The notes under the pieces were generated by a model. It had not been told where the DNA came from, ran no database searches, and worked only from the letters and a program-made list of their open reading frames with translations. A stretch of 64,000 nt of DNA, from NCBI GenBank assembly GCA_963826715.1, contig CAWGYA010000008.1:320001-384000 (forward strand). Direction: 5' to 3'. Shown piece after piece: positions 18,174-28,917 of the stretch. The DNA comes from Candidatus Bathyarchaeota archaeon (GTDB lineage: Archaea > Thermoproteota > Bathyarchaeia > Bathyarchaeales > Bathycorpusculaceae). The position numbers and the translations under genes are program-made. The first letter of the stretch is position 1. Every line of letters begins with the position of its first letter.

Positions 18174-18966
18174 TGCTTAACCGTTCCTCAGGAAGCATTG
18201 TACGTTGGCGCAGAATTAACTCGTCAAAATCAACTTGGTGACCATCAAATTCTGGTCCATCTACACAACCAAAGAGCATTTTTCCTCCGACTGTAACACG
18301 ACAGACCCCGCACATGCCCATACCGTCAATCATAATTGGTGTGGTAGTGACTATGGTCGGGATACCAAAGGGCTTGGTGATTTCACTGGCATCTTTCATA
18401 AGTATGACTGGCCCCATGACTACACAACGGTCAAACTTTTCTTTCTTAAGCAATTCAGGCAAAAAAGCTAAGCCCGTGTAGCCTCTACTGCCATCATCGG
18501 TAGCGATAATAACTTGATCACTATATTTTTGGGCTTCCTCTTCCATCATTATAAATTCCTCGCTTCGGGCACCGATGATTGTAGTCACATGATTCCCAGC
18601 TTCCTTCATTACTTTAGCCTGCAAAAGAAGCGGCGCAATCATAACGCTGCCCCCAATGCAAAGAACTTTCCCAAAGTTCTTAATCTCTGAAGGATTCCCC
18701 AACGGACCCGTAACGTTATCGATTTCTTCACCCATTTCTAGTTTTCCCAGGGACTGAGTCGATTTTCCGACTTCATGAAACGCAAACGAAATAGTACCTT
18801 TCACAATATCATAGCCACAGATGGTAAGAGGGATGCGTTCACCTGTTTTTCCATGTATAATCATCAGGAATTGACCTGCATTTGCTTTTGAGGCGATATC
18901 TGGTGCCTCAACTTCGAAAAGCACGATTTTGGGAACGAGCATGGTTTTACTGATTATCTTGTACAT
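18121..18966 (-). CDS. NfnA/SudB-like FAD/[2Fe-2S] subunit (PyrK family)
   Basis: AGQF, GERIPLTI, GPLGNP, DG.GMCGVCRV, CVDGPEFDGH. Confidence 0.93.
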   Translation of the reverse strand: MYKIISKTMLVPKIVLFEVEAPDIASKANAGQFLMIIHGKTGERIPLTICGYDIVKGTISFAFHEVGKSTQSLGKLEMGEEIDNVTGPLGNPSEIKNFGKVLCIGGSVMIAPLLLQAKVMKEAGNHVTTIIGARSEEFIMMEEEAQKYSDQVIIATDDGSRGYTGLAFLPELLKKEKFDRCVVMGPVILMKDASEITKPFGIPTIVTTTPIMIDGMGMCGVCRVTVGGKMLFGCVDGPEFDGHQVDFDELILRQRTMLPEERLSSVLAEIHGGCKCGRNKA

Positions 18967-20177
18967 TCTGCTTTAGCCTCCACTTTCGATTCCTGTTTAG
19001 GTAACTTGGAGATTTTCTGATAGAAATCATTCAGCGCTTTTTGGAATTCACCTTGACACCGCGGAGATTCTTCATAAAGTTCGAAACGTTCCAAAAGCCC
19101 TTTCTTTTTTAAAACATCAAGCAACACACCCAAGTTGCGCTCAGCAGTATCTCTTCCTTCTTGGAGTTTACAATCTTTAGATGCACAAACCACAGCTATT
19201 ACACCGTCAAATCCGCAATCAAAAGCGTTGACTACATGGACTGGGTCGAGGGATTTGAAGCATGGAACCTCAAGTGCCATAACGTTTTTCCCTACAAAAA
19301 CATCGGTAGGGTTATCGAGCGCCGAAAACTCAGACCACTGGCAGATGAAAGCCAAAACAGCAGGTTTATCTAATTTGGCTTTAAGTTGTTCTGCAACTGC
19401 GTTGTAGCGGTTAAGCACATTCTCGAACTCGAAACCTTTAACTTGAATAGCCTTGTGTTGACAAACTAGCTGACACGCACCACAACCGACACATTTTTCC
19501 TGATCCACTTTTGGGGTGGCGAATGATTCAAACTTGATTGCGTCATAAGGACAGATGAAGACACATTTATCACAACCCACACATTCAAGAACATCATAAA
19601 CAGCCTTGCGGCTGAACTTAATAATTCTCACAGCATTTTCGTCGTAACCAAGCTGTTTAAGAACATTGCGCGCCAAAACCAGCCGGCGTGTGTTGATTTT
19701 AGTGCCTTCTTTATAGCGGCAAAAAGGATCTTCACATTGGATTGAAACAATATTTTTTATGCCCATATTTAGGGCTGCAAAGATAAAATCGGTTGGGACT
19801 CGGCCTGCACATGGCAATCGAAGTGATATATAATTATCAGCGCTTAGCCCTTGGTCGTCAAGGATATCCTTGACTTCACCTGTGTTAGGAGAGTTCCCTC
19901 TACACATTAAAACTAATGTTTCTGAGCTGGGGACTTTTGTTTGGGCTTCTTTGAGGTACTCTGTTAAGTTATCGTAGGTATAGTACTGCATTTTTATTGC
20001 TGAAGCTGGACAAGCACTATAGCATATGCCGCATACTTGGCATTCCTCTATATTAATGTCCACTTTGCCTGAGGAGTCACGTTTTATGGCTTCATACGGA
20101 CAAATCGATTGGCAAACATAACAACGACTGCATAAATCCTGATTAACCTCGACTACGGCGAGACATTTTTCACTCAT
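18954..20177 (-). CDS. Polyferredoxin with two MvhD/FlpD-like domains
   Basis: Four CxxCxxCxxxC motifs plus two MvhD-like segments (LRLPCAGRV...C...C.YKEG and FICQW...VPC...DGV...C...C..QEG). Confidence 0.85.
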   Translation of the reverse strand: MSEKCLAVVEVNQDLCSRCYVCQSICPYEAIKRDSSGKVDINIEECQVCGICYSACPASAIKMQYYTYDNLTEYLKEAQTKVPSSETLVLMCRGNSPNTGEVKDILDDQGLSADNYISLRLPCAGRVPTDFIFAALNMGIKNIVSIQCEDPFCRYKEGTKINTRRLVLARNVLKQLGYDENAVRIIKFSRKAVYDVLECVGCDKCVFICPYDAIKFESFATPKVDQEKCVGCGACQLVCQHKAIQVKGFEFENVLNRYNAVAEQLKAKLDKPAVLAFICQWSEFSALDNPTDVFVGKNVMALEVPCFKSLDPVHVVNAFDCGFDGVIAVVCASKDCKLQEGRDTAERNLGVLLDVLKKKGLLERFELYEESPRCQGEFQKALNDFYQKISKLPKQESKVEAKAECTR

Positions 20178-20209
20178 CGTTAACCACTCAGCGTTCCAAT
20201 ATGCGATGC

Positions 20210-20227
20210 TTTAGCATAAATGCTAAA
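20210..20227. promoter_or_regulatory. Inverted-repeat operator overlapping the promoter of the ferredoxin-nfnAB operon
   Basis: tttagcat-aa-atgctaaa, a perfect 8-2-8 repeat located 33-50 nt upstream of the start codon. Confidence 0.55.
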
Positions 20228-20420
20228 AGCCTTTACCGCAAAGAGGTTTTTTGAACGATATAATCCTTACTCTGAAAAATGTGAAAATCCCTTATATAGC
20301 CCAGGTTTACCAAACGTAATATTTACTGTATTTTGAGTAAAAAAAATCCGCCGCAGATTTTACAAAATTCAAATATCAAGATTAAACAAATGCTGCCAAA
20401 TTTAAGAAATCTTTAGACTC

Positions 20421-21362
20421 TTATTTCTTGTAGTATGGGCGACGAATAAATGCGTAGGCCTCTAGAGCCGATGTAATACCTTGACCCACGGCGGTCCCAA
20501 CCTGCTTTACGGGATGATTGGTCACATCGCCCGCACTAAAAACACCAGGTAAGTTGGTGTGTTGGCGTATGTCGATTTTAATGTAACCATGGTCATCAAC
20601 TTTAATACCACTTTCGATTGCGAGTTGGCTGTTTGGAGCTTCGCCGACCTGAACAAACACAGCATCCACTTCGAGTTCAACGGTTTTTCCTGAAGCGTTA
20701 TTGATTAAACTCACGGAGCGTACTTGTTTATCACCTTTAATTTCTTGAATCTCCGTGTTCCAGAGAATATGCACATTGGGTTTACTGGTTATGTCTTTAA
20801 CAAGAGTTTCTTCTGCTCTAAACGTTTCGCGCCTATGAACTACCGTTACCTGCGAAGCCAAGCCAGAAAGGTACAAGGTAGTGATACAGGCTGAGTTACC
20901 GCCGCCCACAACAAGTACATTTTTTCCCTTAAAGAATGGTCCATCGCAGACGCCACAATAACTAACCCCTCTGCCCTTGAAGGTAGCTTCCCCCTTGGCT
21001 CCTATTTCCTTGTAATGCGAGCCAGTTGCGATAATAACGGCCTTGGCTTGGTAGTTTGACGAGGTAGTGGTTACTGTTTTTGCTTCGGCTTGAAGACTTA
21101 AGGCAGTAACGGCTTCGATATCGTGGATGATGGCACCAAGTTTACGCGCATGCTCCGTCATTTTTTGAGCAAGTTCACCACCGCTAATTTCAGCAAAGCC
21201 TGGGTAGTTGACGATGGTCGGGGCGTCGCTAATAGTTCCGCCTGCAAATTTTTCATCCAAAACCAATGTTTTGAGTCCACTTCGGACAGCGTAAATAGCT
21301 GCGGCTAAACCTGCTGAACCAGCGCCAATAATAATGACATCCAAATTTTCCAAAGTAATCAT
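20421..21362 (-). CDS. trxB: Thioredoxin-disulfide reductase
   Basis: GAGSAG, GVSYCGVCDG, GGGNSA, HRR, AGD. Confidence 0.93.
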   Translation of the reverse strand: MITLENLDVIIIGAGSAGLAAAIYAVRSGLKTLVLDEKFAGGTISDAPTIVNYPGFAEISGGELAQKMTEHARKLGAIIHDIEAVTALSLQAEAKTVTTTSSNYQAKAVIIATGSHYKEIGAKGEATFKGRGVSYCGVCDGPFFKGKNVLVVGGGNSACITTLYLSGLASQVTVVHRRETFRAEETLVKDITSKPNVHILWNTEIQEIKGDKQVRSVSLINNASGKTVELEVDAVFVQVGEAPNSQLAIESGIKVDDHGYIKIDIRQHTNLPGVFSAGDVTNHPVKQVGTAVGQGITSALEAYAFIRRPYYKK

Positions 21363-21486
21363 TCCTCTGTTAGGAATATTTGAAGTGCGCAGTTTATGAA
21401 TTGTTCGATGTTTTGGTTAGGTTTTGGTTTTTCCAATAAGCTGATAAGGGTGAAAACAAATAGTTACCTGTTTTTGGGGGACAGTT

Positions 21487-23253
21487 ATGTCTAAGTATCG
21501 GTGCACAGTCTGCAACTGGGTTTATGATGAAGCAAAAGAGAAAGTAAAGTTTTCAGATTTACCTCCTGAGTGGGTTTGCCCCATTTGTGGCGCCCCTAAA
21601 TCTGCCTTTGTGCTTCTATCTCAAACACAGGAAAACCAGATTGACAAGAAAGTGGAACAAACGGTCAGCGACGTGCTCATTAACCAAATCGCGTCCTGGG
21701 GAGTCAAATTTGTCTTCGGTATCCCAGGCACCTCAACCCTGGGCATCGTAGAGGCTATCCGTAAAACTGAAGGAAAGGTCAGATACATTCAAGTACGCCA
21801 CGAAGAAGCAGCTGCATTTATGGCTTCGGCGTATGGCAAACTAACTGGTCATATAGCAGCGGTTCTCGGGATTTCAGGTCCAGGTGCCACAAACCTTGTT
21901 ACAGGACTCTATGATGCACAACTTGACCATGCACCCGTTTTAGCGTTAACAGGTATGGTTCCAAGAAAACTAATTGGAAAAGGCTCTCTACAGGAAATTG
22001 ACCAACAAGCCTTCTTTGATCCACTCACAGTCTATAACAAAACGCTCATGACCGAAGACCAAACCACCTCATTAGCAACCCTCGCTATCAAACATGCACT
22101 GTTAGACCAAGGGGTGGCTCATATCGGCATCCCAAACGATGTACAAAAGCTGCCTTATGAAGCAGAGATTTTATCGTTTGAAGGTAGAATGCCCAACATG
22201 GCATATGGACAGGAAGACTGGGCGATTGAAAAAGCTGCCAAAACGATTGACACCGTTGAACGTCCAGTGATTCTGATGGGTTTCGGTTGCAGAGGACAAG
22301 GCACAAAGCTACTCGCGTTTGCATCAAAAATCGGAGCACCGATTATCTCGACCTTCCGAGCAAAAGGTTTTGTGGACGATTCAGAGCCACTTTATGTCGG
22401 CTGCCACGGCGGCGTAGGTTCCACTGCTGCGGGGGAACTAATGGAGAAAACCGATCTACTCATCGCAATTGGGTCATCTTTCGCAGATCTATCGCAAATT
22501 CCAAAGAAACGTTTGGTACAAATCGACATTAATCCATTGATGCTTGCTCGTCGCTATCCTGCAGAAGTCGGACTTTTGGGCAACAGCGCCGTTTTGATTC
22601 CTAAATTAACCCAGAAAGTAAGTAGAAAAAACAACGCCGCTTATTTGTCCGAGGTTGAACGACTAAAACAAACATGGGAAAAACAACTGGAAAGGGAAGC
22701 TGACGCTTCGGCCAAACCCATTAGGCCACCCTTTATCATGAAGGTGCTCACCGAAAAAATCGCTTCTGATGCAGTGATTTCACTTGATGTGGGCGAGAAC
22801 TGCTGGTGGTTTGGACGTAACTTCCGCATGAAACGCACCCAGAAGATGGTTATGAGCGGCACTTTGGCCACTATGGGTTTTGGCTTACCGGGAGCATTGG
22901 CAGCAGCATTCGCATACCCAGAGCGACAAATAGTGTGCATAACTGGTGACGGCGGCTTAACGATGATGCTGGGTGACTTCTTAACAGCGCACAAATATGG
23001 TTTGCCCATTAAGGTATTTGTTATCAACAACAAACATTTGGGGATGATTATGCAGGAGCAGAAAGTAGAAGGCTACAAAGACTGGCAAACCGATCTGCAT
23101 GATTTCAGCTTCGCCAACTTCGCAGAGAATTCAGGAGGTTTAGGCATCAAAGTAGTTGAACCTACAGATTTACCAAAAGCAGTGGATAAGGCGCTGAAAT
23201 CTGATAAACCCACAATTGTAGACATAGATACCGATCCAAGGCGTTTCCCATAA
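21487..23253 (+). CDS. Rubredoxin-fused TPP-dependent enzyme (pyruvate oxidase/PoxB family)
   Basis: N-terminal CTVC..VYD...WVCPICGA; [21 protein letters not shown]...NN. Confidence 0.9.
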   Translation: MSKYRCTVCNWVYDEAKEKVKFSDLPPEWVCPICGAPKSAFVLLSQTQENQIDKKVEQTVSDVLINQIASWGVKFVFGIPGTSTLGIVEAIRKTEGKVRYIQVRHEEAAAFMASAYGKLTGHIAAVLGISGPGATNLVTGLYDAQLDHAPVLALTGMVPRKLIGKGSLQEIDQQAFFDPLTVYNKTLMTEDQTTSLATLAIKHALLDQGVAHIGIPNDVQKLPYEAEILSFEGRMPNMAYGQEDWAIEKAAKTIDTVERPVILMGFGCRGQGTKLLAFASKIGAPIISTFRAKGFVDDSEPLYVGCHGGVGSTAAGELMEKTDLLIAIGSSFADLSQIPKKRLVQIDINPLMLARRYPAEVGLLGNSAVLIPKLTQKVSRKNNAAYLSEVERLKQTWEKQLEREADASAKPIRPPFIMKVLTEKIASDAVISLDVGENCWWFGRNFRMKRTQKMVMSGTLATMGFGLPGALAAAFAYPERQIVCITGDGGLTMMLGDFLTAHKYGLPIKVFVINNKHLGMIMQEQKVEGYKDWQTDLHDFSFANFAENSGGLGIKVVEPTDLPKAVDKALKSDKPTIVDIDTDPRRFP

Positions 23254-23415
23254 AATTAAGACATCCGATACTTAACTAAAAATAGAGCAGTAAGCAAACA
23301 TAAAATTTTAGAAGCCTTGGGGTAAGGTGAGGGTGTAAGTCCCTCTCTTGTTCTTAAAACAAGAAAGGCTTTTGGGCCTTATAAGTCATATTTCGATTTT
23401 CGTAATATCAAAGAT

Positions 23416-23850
23416 TTAAGGTTTAGGCCACGACCTTCCTGGTTCCTGTGTGCTACTCGGCACCGAGAGGTGCATCTGAACCCATAACCACTTACCGTTG
23501 CGTTTCTCTATAACTCCTGTTAACCTTGTAGCTAAATCAAACTTACCTTCACCGACTTTACCGTGGAAAGTAATATCTGCCGAGAACCACGCAACATAAC
23601 CAGCGGCAGAAACCAAAAAATCCTTGACACCAATTGACAGCACCGTACCCTGAGCCCAATCCCGCTTAAGGCTCTCAGTGAGCTGAGTTAATCCTAAACC
23701 TTTTTCGTCCGCGCCTGAACCGAGGGCAAAAACATCTGAATCAGGTGCCCAAAACGAAAGTGTCGCTGGGAGATCTTGTTTTTTGTACGCTTCAAACATC
23801 CCTTTGAAGGCTTGGGTTACTTCAGCTTGAGTTTTCGGGTCTGCTCTCAT
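23416..23850 (-). CDS. SnoaL/NTF2-family protein
   Basis: VAW, RLTGV.EKR.GKW..VQMHLS. Confidence 0.85.
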   Translation of the reverse strand: MRADPKTQAEVTQAFKGMFEAYKKQDLPATLSFWAPDSDVFALGSGADEKGLGLTQLTESLKRDWAQGTVLSIGVKDFLVSAAGYVAWFSADITFHGKVGEGKFDLATRLTGVIEKRNGKWLWVQMHLSVPSSTQEPGRSWPKP

Positions 23851-24051
23851 GTTAATCTACTCATCAAGCGTTAGTGTTATTAACCTTTTAAATTTTGCCA
23901 ATAACCAAACCCTAAGATTATTTCATACCAAAATGTGAATCCGAGTCAGGATCTCAAATTTTAAGCCAATAAAAGTAACAATTCAATTTTAACCACTTTT
24001 TCATGTTCTCTATTTTGCTTTTAGAATCTCTCAAACAAAAAGAGATCATAA

Positions 24052-24336
24052 TTAAATAGCGAGAATCCGATGGATTTTTTCTTTGTCTGTGCCCTTGATA
24101 AGCAGTTTTTTCTCCCGGGATGTAAAACCAAAAACAAGCTCAACCTGTGAATGAAAAAGCCTTGTTAACTCCTTGATGATTTCCTTGTTCACTTTGCCTT
24201 TTTCTGGTTCCTGGGTAGCGTAGATAACAATTTCAGTAGAGTTTACTTCAATTTTAAAATTTGGACTGTTGGGTTTAACAAAAATAGAGAGTACAACGCC
24301 GTCTTTGGTTTCTTTGACGCTCAAGGCACTATGCAC
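24052..24336 (-). CDS. DUF167/YggU family protein
   Basis: VKPNS, PEKGKVN.E, G.TSREK. Confidence 0.88.
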   Translation of the reverse strand: MHSALSVKETKDGVVLSIFVKPNSPNFKIEVNSTEIVIYATQEPEKGKVNKEIIKELTRLFHSQVELVFGFTSREKKLLIKGTDKEKIHRILAI

Positions 24337-26015
24337 TCAGATTCACAGACTTCTGTAGTTTTCTTTTGTTGGAGCGCCCAACTAAACTTGCTCCGGAGCG
24401 TTGTAGGGTAAAATTTTTCAATGTCAAACTTAACTTTTTTTGCCCACTTTACATATGCAGTGGGATCAATGTAGCTCTTTAGTGAAGTGCCAAGGTTATA
24501 CTCTCGAGTTAGTTTGGTAAGTTCGATGTCGAGTTTAGCGCGTTCAATACGGACTTGCAGCGACTCAACTTTCTTACCTTCTTTCTTCTTTACTTTGAGC
24601 TGCTGCTGGAGTTTATTGAGACTCTCCTCCTTTTTGGAAACCCGGGCGTCGAAAGTCGGGGGGATTTTGCGTTTGTGATTCGCTACTTCCGCAACTTTGA
24701 AGTTCGCCATCTTAGCGGCATACTTCTTTTTGTAGTCTGGGTCGGTTTTAGTTACGCCGCTTTTCTCCAATTCTTCCTTGACGGTTTTTGTGCAGCGCCA
24801 GGTACGGAAAACTTTGGCTGTAAGTTTTGGCATTCTTTCGCTTAGGAAGCGGCTAACTTTTTTACTGTCTATACCTTGAAAAAGATATTCCAATTTTGGG
24901 TCTGCTTCTTGCTCTGCTTTGAATTTCTTTATGTTTTGAATTACTATAGGTGGAGCTTTGTAGTCTTTTACCCATCTAACTGAGTCTTTACCAAGGAAGT
25001 CAAAGTGAAGTGTGTCAGCATTGATTGTAATATGCTCGGAGCGAAGCGTAATAGCGCCTACAGTGTCGGCTTCATCAGGATCCTTTTCGTCACCAACCCT
25101 CATGTTCGGCACTAAAATCAGCCATGAAACAGTTGCGACTTTACGACGGTCTTCCTCTTTTGAACTCAAATTCTTGAGAATATGAGCTTCTATTTGCTTG
25201 ATTTGCTTTCCCAAGATTTCTGCTTTCTTGAATTTCTCTTTTTCACGATTTTGTTTCAAAAAAGCCGTATCGCTGAACCAAACATACTTGACTTTGCCTG
25301 TAAGTTTATCAATCCATTTTGCCACGTACATTTTATTGGGTTCCCAAACAATATCTTTCCAATTGCCCTCTGGACGTGGCTCGATGAGGTTGCCATGCTT
25401 GTCTTTAGTTAAATTCAGGATAATATCTTCTTCACAGGGACCTTCTTTCCATTTGCCCCGCTGCGGATGATCACCACGTCCCGCAAAGAGGCAACTAGGC
25501 TCAGCAGTCCAGTTTGCAACTTCCAAACGTTGCCCATCCACTTCAGCGTAACCATATTTCTCTTTGAAGTCTAAGCGTTTTTCTTTGCGCTCTTCCGCCT
25601 GCTGCTTCTTCTCTTCTTTGGTCAGAGCTTCTTTCTTGGCTTTCTCTTCGAGAATAAAAGAAATAATTTCGGCGAAGTCTATTCCCCCGCTTTGGGCTTC
25701 ACAGCCTTTTACTGTTTGTGGCGCTTCTATACTTGTCAGGTAGCTTGGGATGAAATTGTCTAGGAATGCAGCTTTGGGGTTTTCTTCCTTGAGTTTTGTT
25801 AGGAATTCCCTCATGAAGTTTTTTGTAAAAACTGTGTCAGGCGGCGGTATTGTAGTTGAGAGGGTTCTGCGCGTCCAAGCCATCGCCATCATTTCGCTCT
25901 TCGGTAATAGCTTAACTTTTTGTCCAGCAATTTTGATACTGAAACCTTTATAATCATAAGGGGGAACATAAATGCCGTTGTGTTTTAGAGTTTTCATAAC
26001 GTGTTTCATAGCCAT
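24321..26015 (-). CDS. DNA topoisomerase IB (eukaryote-like)
   Basis: L.HNG, EP..LF.GRGDHP.RG, R.GDEK, ADTVG..TLR.EH, FDFLGKDS, TAKVFRT, NH, LGTSLKSYIDP with the catalytic Tyr. Confidence 0.96.
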   Translation of the reverse strand: MAMKHVMKTLKHNGIYVPPYDYKGFSIKIAGQKVKLLPKSEMMAMAWTRRTLSTTIPPPDTVFTKNFMREFLTKLKEENPKAAFLDNFIPSYLTSIEAPQTVKGCEAQSGGIDFAEIISFILEEKAKKEALTKEEKKQQAEERKEKRLDFKEKYGYAEVDGQRLEVANWTAEPSCLFAGRGDHPQRGKWKEGPCEEDIILNLTKDKHGNLIEPRPEGNWKDIVWEPNKMYVAKWIDKLTGKVKYVWFSDTAFLKQNREKEKFKKAEILGKQIKQIEAHILKNLSSKEEDRRKVATVSWLILVPNMRVGDEKDPDEADTVGAITLRSEHITINADTLHFDFLGKDSVRWVKDYKAPPIVIQNIKKFKAEQEADPKLEYLFQGIDSKKVSRFLSERMPKLTAKVFRTWRCTKTVKEELEKSGVTKTDPDYKKKYAAKMANFKVAEVANHKRKIPPTFDARVSKKEESLNKLQQQLKVKKKEGKKVESLQVRIERAKLDIELTKLTREYNLGTSLKSYIDPTAYVKWAKKVKFDIEKFYPTTLRSKFSWALQQKKTTEVCESECIVP

Positions 26016-26095
26016 ACCCCGTTCTGCAGCGAAGTTTTCTTTTTCTTGCCAACTAGTGCTGGAAGCTTAAAAACCTTAAGCAAATCATATAGTGA

Positions 26096-26506
26096 TTATT
26101 TGGGGAAAAGTGTTTTTTGCCGCTTCGTTGCGCGGTCACACTGTAACTTTCTATAAACCATCTCAACGTTTTTGCGTTCCACATAACCCTTGTGGGGACG
26201 AAAACCACCACTGAAACCACCCGGGATATGCATGAGCTCGTGAATAAGAGTTCGTTCCTTGTCCTCGGGAGACATTTTGTCGAAGATTTCCGAGATGACC
26301 TCGATAGTATAGGAAGGCGGCCGATTTAAAACGCCCTGCCAGATTTTCCCTAAGCCATGAATACGGGCGATGGTACGACGAGCTTTGGAGCCTCGACTGC
26401 GCACACAATAAACAAATTGGGGCACAACATGATAGAATTCGCATTCTTCAGCTAACTGGTCAACCTGTTTTTTTATTTCAGGCGCTTCAAGATATTTTAT
26501 CGGCAT
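26096..26506 (-). CDS. Putative zincin metallopeptidase
   Basis: RSRGS..RTIARIHGL and HELMHIP. Confidence 0.8.
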   Translation of the reverse strand: MPIKYLEAPEIKKQVDQLAEECEFYHVVPQFVYCVRSRGSKARRTIARIHGLGKIWQGVLNRPPSYTIEVISEIFDKMSPEDKERTLIHELMHIPGGFSGGFRPHKGYVERKNVEMVYRKLQCDRATKRQKTLFPK

Positions 26507-26588
26507 ACATCTCCCTCTCTTACGGTATCTATTGATTGCTTGAGATTAAAAAGTTAAGTGCTACCCTGGATTAAGTTTAGCATAAGGA

Positions 26589-27659
26589 TTAGCCGATCAA
26601 TTTGGCCGCATAGGGAATTTTTTTAACTAAATAGATAATGACGATGGTTAATGCAAAAGTGACAACTGTAAGTACAGGAACATCCACCAATGAAATGCCT
26701 GTGTAGGGCCACAGAAAGCCTAAAAGGCCCAATTGAAGAGACTCTAAAACCAAGATGTGGATGAGATAAATAGGCAATGTATTTTGCCCAATCCATCCAA
26801 CAAAACGTTTGATGATACGATTGCTACCCTCGAGCTTCTCTCTGGGGATGCGGATTAGAAACAGAAACAAGGCAGCGGATGCAACAATCATGTTAAGGCT
26901 TAGATAGCCATGAAAGTAGGAAGTATACGCCTCGCCATACCATGCAGTCACGTACCAGGCACCAAAAACAGCCACTAAGAATCCTACCAAACCTACCAAT
27001 AGAACTCGGGTAGTCCGTATCTTAGTTTTCAGAATATAAATTCCCAGAAGATAGTAGCCCGCCCAGTCAAACGACATAAACATGACGGGGTTAAAATCAA
27101 AAGTAGTGAATGTATGAATGAAGGGGACGCTAACAGCGCTGATTAACCATAGAACCATTAGAATGGTGAATTTCGATCGGTCAAGATGTTTAACTAGCAC
27201 CCGCAGAATAGGAGTCAGGATGTACAAACCAATTATCATGTATAGAAACCACAGAAGTGGATAGGAGCCAGAAAGCAATCCCTGCTCAACACTTTGAAGA
27301 GAAACTGGCAAATCATGAACGCCAAAGCTCCAAATAAAAAATAACAGTGACCAGAAAACCAGTGGTATCCCTACGCGGTTAAAACGTTTCTTATAAAACA
27401 TTGTTAAGGGTTCATCGGCTTTGTCGGGCGTTAAAAGCAAAAGTCCGCTTAGCATTACAAATATAGGCACCCCAAGATAGCCTATGGCACCATAAAAGTC
27501 GGCTGTGAACCAGTTAAGCGTGACTAGTTGGGTAACTTCGCCGGGAATTTTATAGGGGAACCCTGATGAGTGAACAAGAATAACCATTACGATGGCGATT
27601 GTGCGGACTGAGTTAACCGAGAAAGCAGCTACAGGTTTATTCTCAGGTTTATTTTCCAC
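26589..27659 (-). CDS. Acyltransferase family 3 (WecH-like O-acetyltransferase)
   Basis: R.IAI..V...H, VPIFVMLSG, LWFLY, GYY.LG, IYLIH. Confidence 0.92.
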   Translation of the reverse strand: MENKPENKPVAAFSVNSVRTIAIVMVILVHSSGFPYKIPGEVTQLVTLNWFTADFYGAIGYLGVPIFVMLSGLLLLTPDKADEPLTMFYKKRFNRVGIPLVFWSLLFFIWSFGVHDLPVSLQSVEQGLLSGSYPLLWFLYMIIGLYILTPILRVLVKHLDRSKFTILMVLWLISAVSVPFIHTFTTFDFNPVMFMSFDWAGYYLLGIYILKTKIRTTRVLLVGLVGFLVAVFGAWYVTAWYGEAYTSYFHGYLSLNMIVASAALFLFLIRIPREKLEGSNRIIKRFVGWIGQNTLPIYLIHILVLESLQLGLLGFLWPYTGISLVDVPVLTVVTFALTIVIIYLVKKIPYAAKLIG

Positions 27660-27780
27660 ACATTCCCACCCTGATGATGCCCAGATACCTGGAGGCCATT
27701 ATTAATAAAATTAATGCAAAAACACAAAAAAACTGAAAGTAAAAAAAGAATTTTTTCAGTTTATCAGTCCGTAGAAATGT

Positions 27781-28838
27781 TCAACCAATGATTTTTTTCA
27801 CTATGGGAATCTTCCCCAATGGATAGATTATAAGTGCTGACAACGAAAATGTCAGGAATGCTAACATTGGAACATCAATTAGTGGGTTACTTGTATAGAT
27901 GGGTGTGATACCGAAGAGTCCTAGTTGTATGGTCTCTAAAACCATAACATGGATTAAGTAAATAGGAAGGGTATTCTGTCCAACCCAATGGATAAAACGG
28001 TTAACGAAGCCGTACCGACTCTCCGCTTTATTTTTAGGGAAGGGTAAAGAGCGTAAAAAGGGCGACGGATGAAATTATCATGTTGAAACTAAGGTAGCCA
28101 TGGAAAAAGCCCGTGTAATCTTCGCCGAATGAAGCAGTAACAAGCCAGTCACCCAAAATGGCCACTAACAAACCGAAGAGAAAGAGGATGTATAGCTTGT
28201 ATGGTCGCGTTTTAGCTTTAATAAGGTAAATACCTAAGATGAAGTAGCCCACCCAACCAACAATAATCACCATAACTGGATTATAATTGAAGTCAGTGAA
28301 TGTGTGAATAAGCGGCACTGCAACCGTTCCAGCAAACCAGATCACCAATAGGTACGTTAGCATTCTGTAATTGAGGTTTTTGACCAGAATACGCAAGAAT
28401 GGCGTGACAAGATATAAACCAATAAGCAAATACAGAAACCAAAGATGAGAGTAAGCACCTGAAATGAGACCTTCCGAGACACTGGCAAATGTAAGGGGTT
28501 TATTATGAATATAATAACTCCAAGCGAAATATGCTACCGTCCAAAATATAAGCGGCAACCCAATTCGATTGAACCGTTTTTTAAAAAACACTCGCAAGGG
28601 ATCATTAACTTTTACAGGATCCAAAAGCAAAGAACCGGTCAGCATGACAAAGAGGGGCACACCAAGATACCCAAACGCTGCCCAAACATCAGCTACAAAC
28701 CAGTTGAAGATAACTGTCGAATTGATTACACCTGGGATCCGATAAGGGAACTCTACAATGGAGAAGAATAACAAGAATTATCGATAAGAAACGGATTGAA
28801 TCAACTGGGAAAGCAACGTTGTTTCGCTCAGGTTGCAA
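27781..28838 (-). pseudogene. Tandem acyltransferase-3 paralog with two frameshifts
   Basis: TTG at 28838 reads QPERNNVAFPVDSIRF...LH; frameshift near 28752; core frame runs to 28034; a second frameshift near 28045 leads into FPKNK...WVGQNTLPIYLIH...KIIG*, ending at 27781. Confidence 0.85.
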
Positions 28839-28917
28839 GCGTATTCACAGACGCTATTTCCTTTTGTTACAAAATGCTAATAAAACCTATGAAACAACAC
28901 CAAAAAACAAATTAACC

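Noticed and set aside
24321-26015. Eukaryote-like topoisomerase IB as a novelty
   Set aside because: Already known from Thaumarchaeota and related TACK lineages; useful only as a taxonomic marker.
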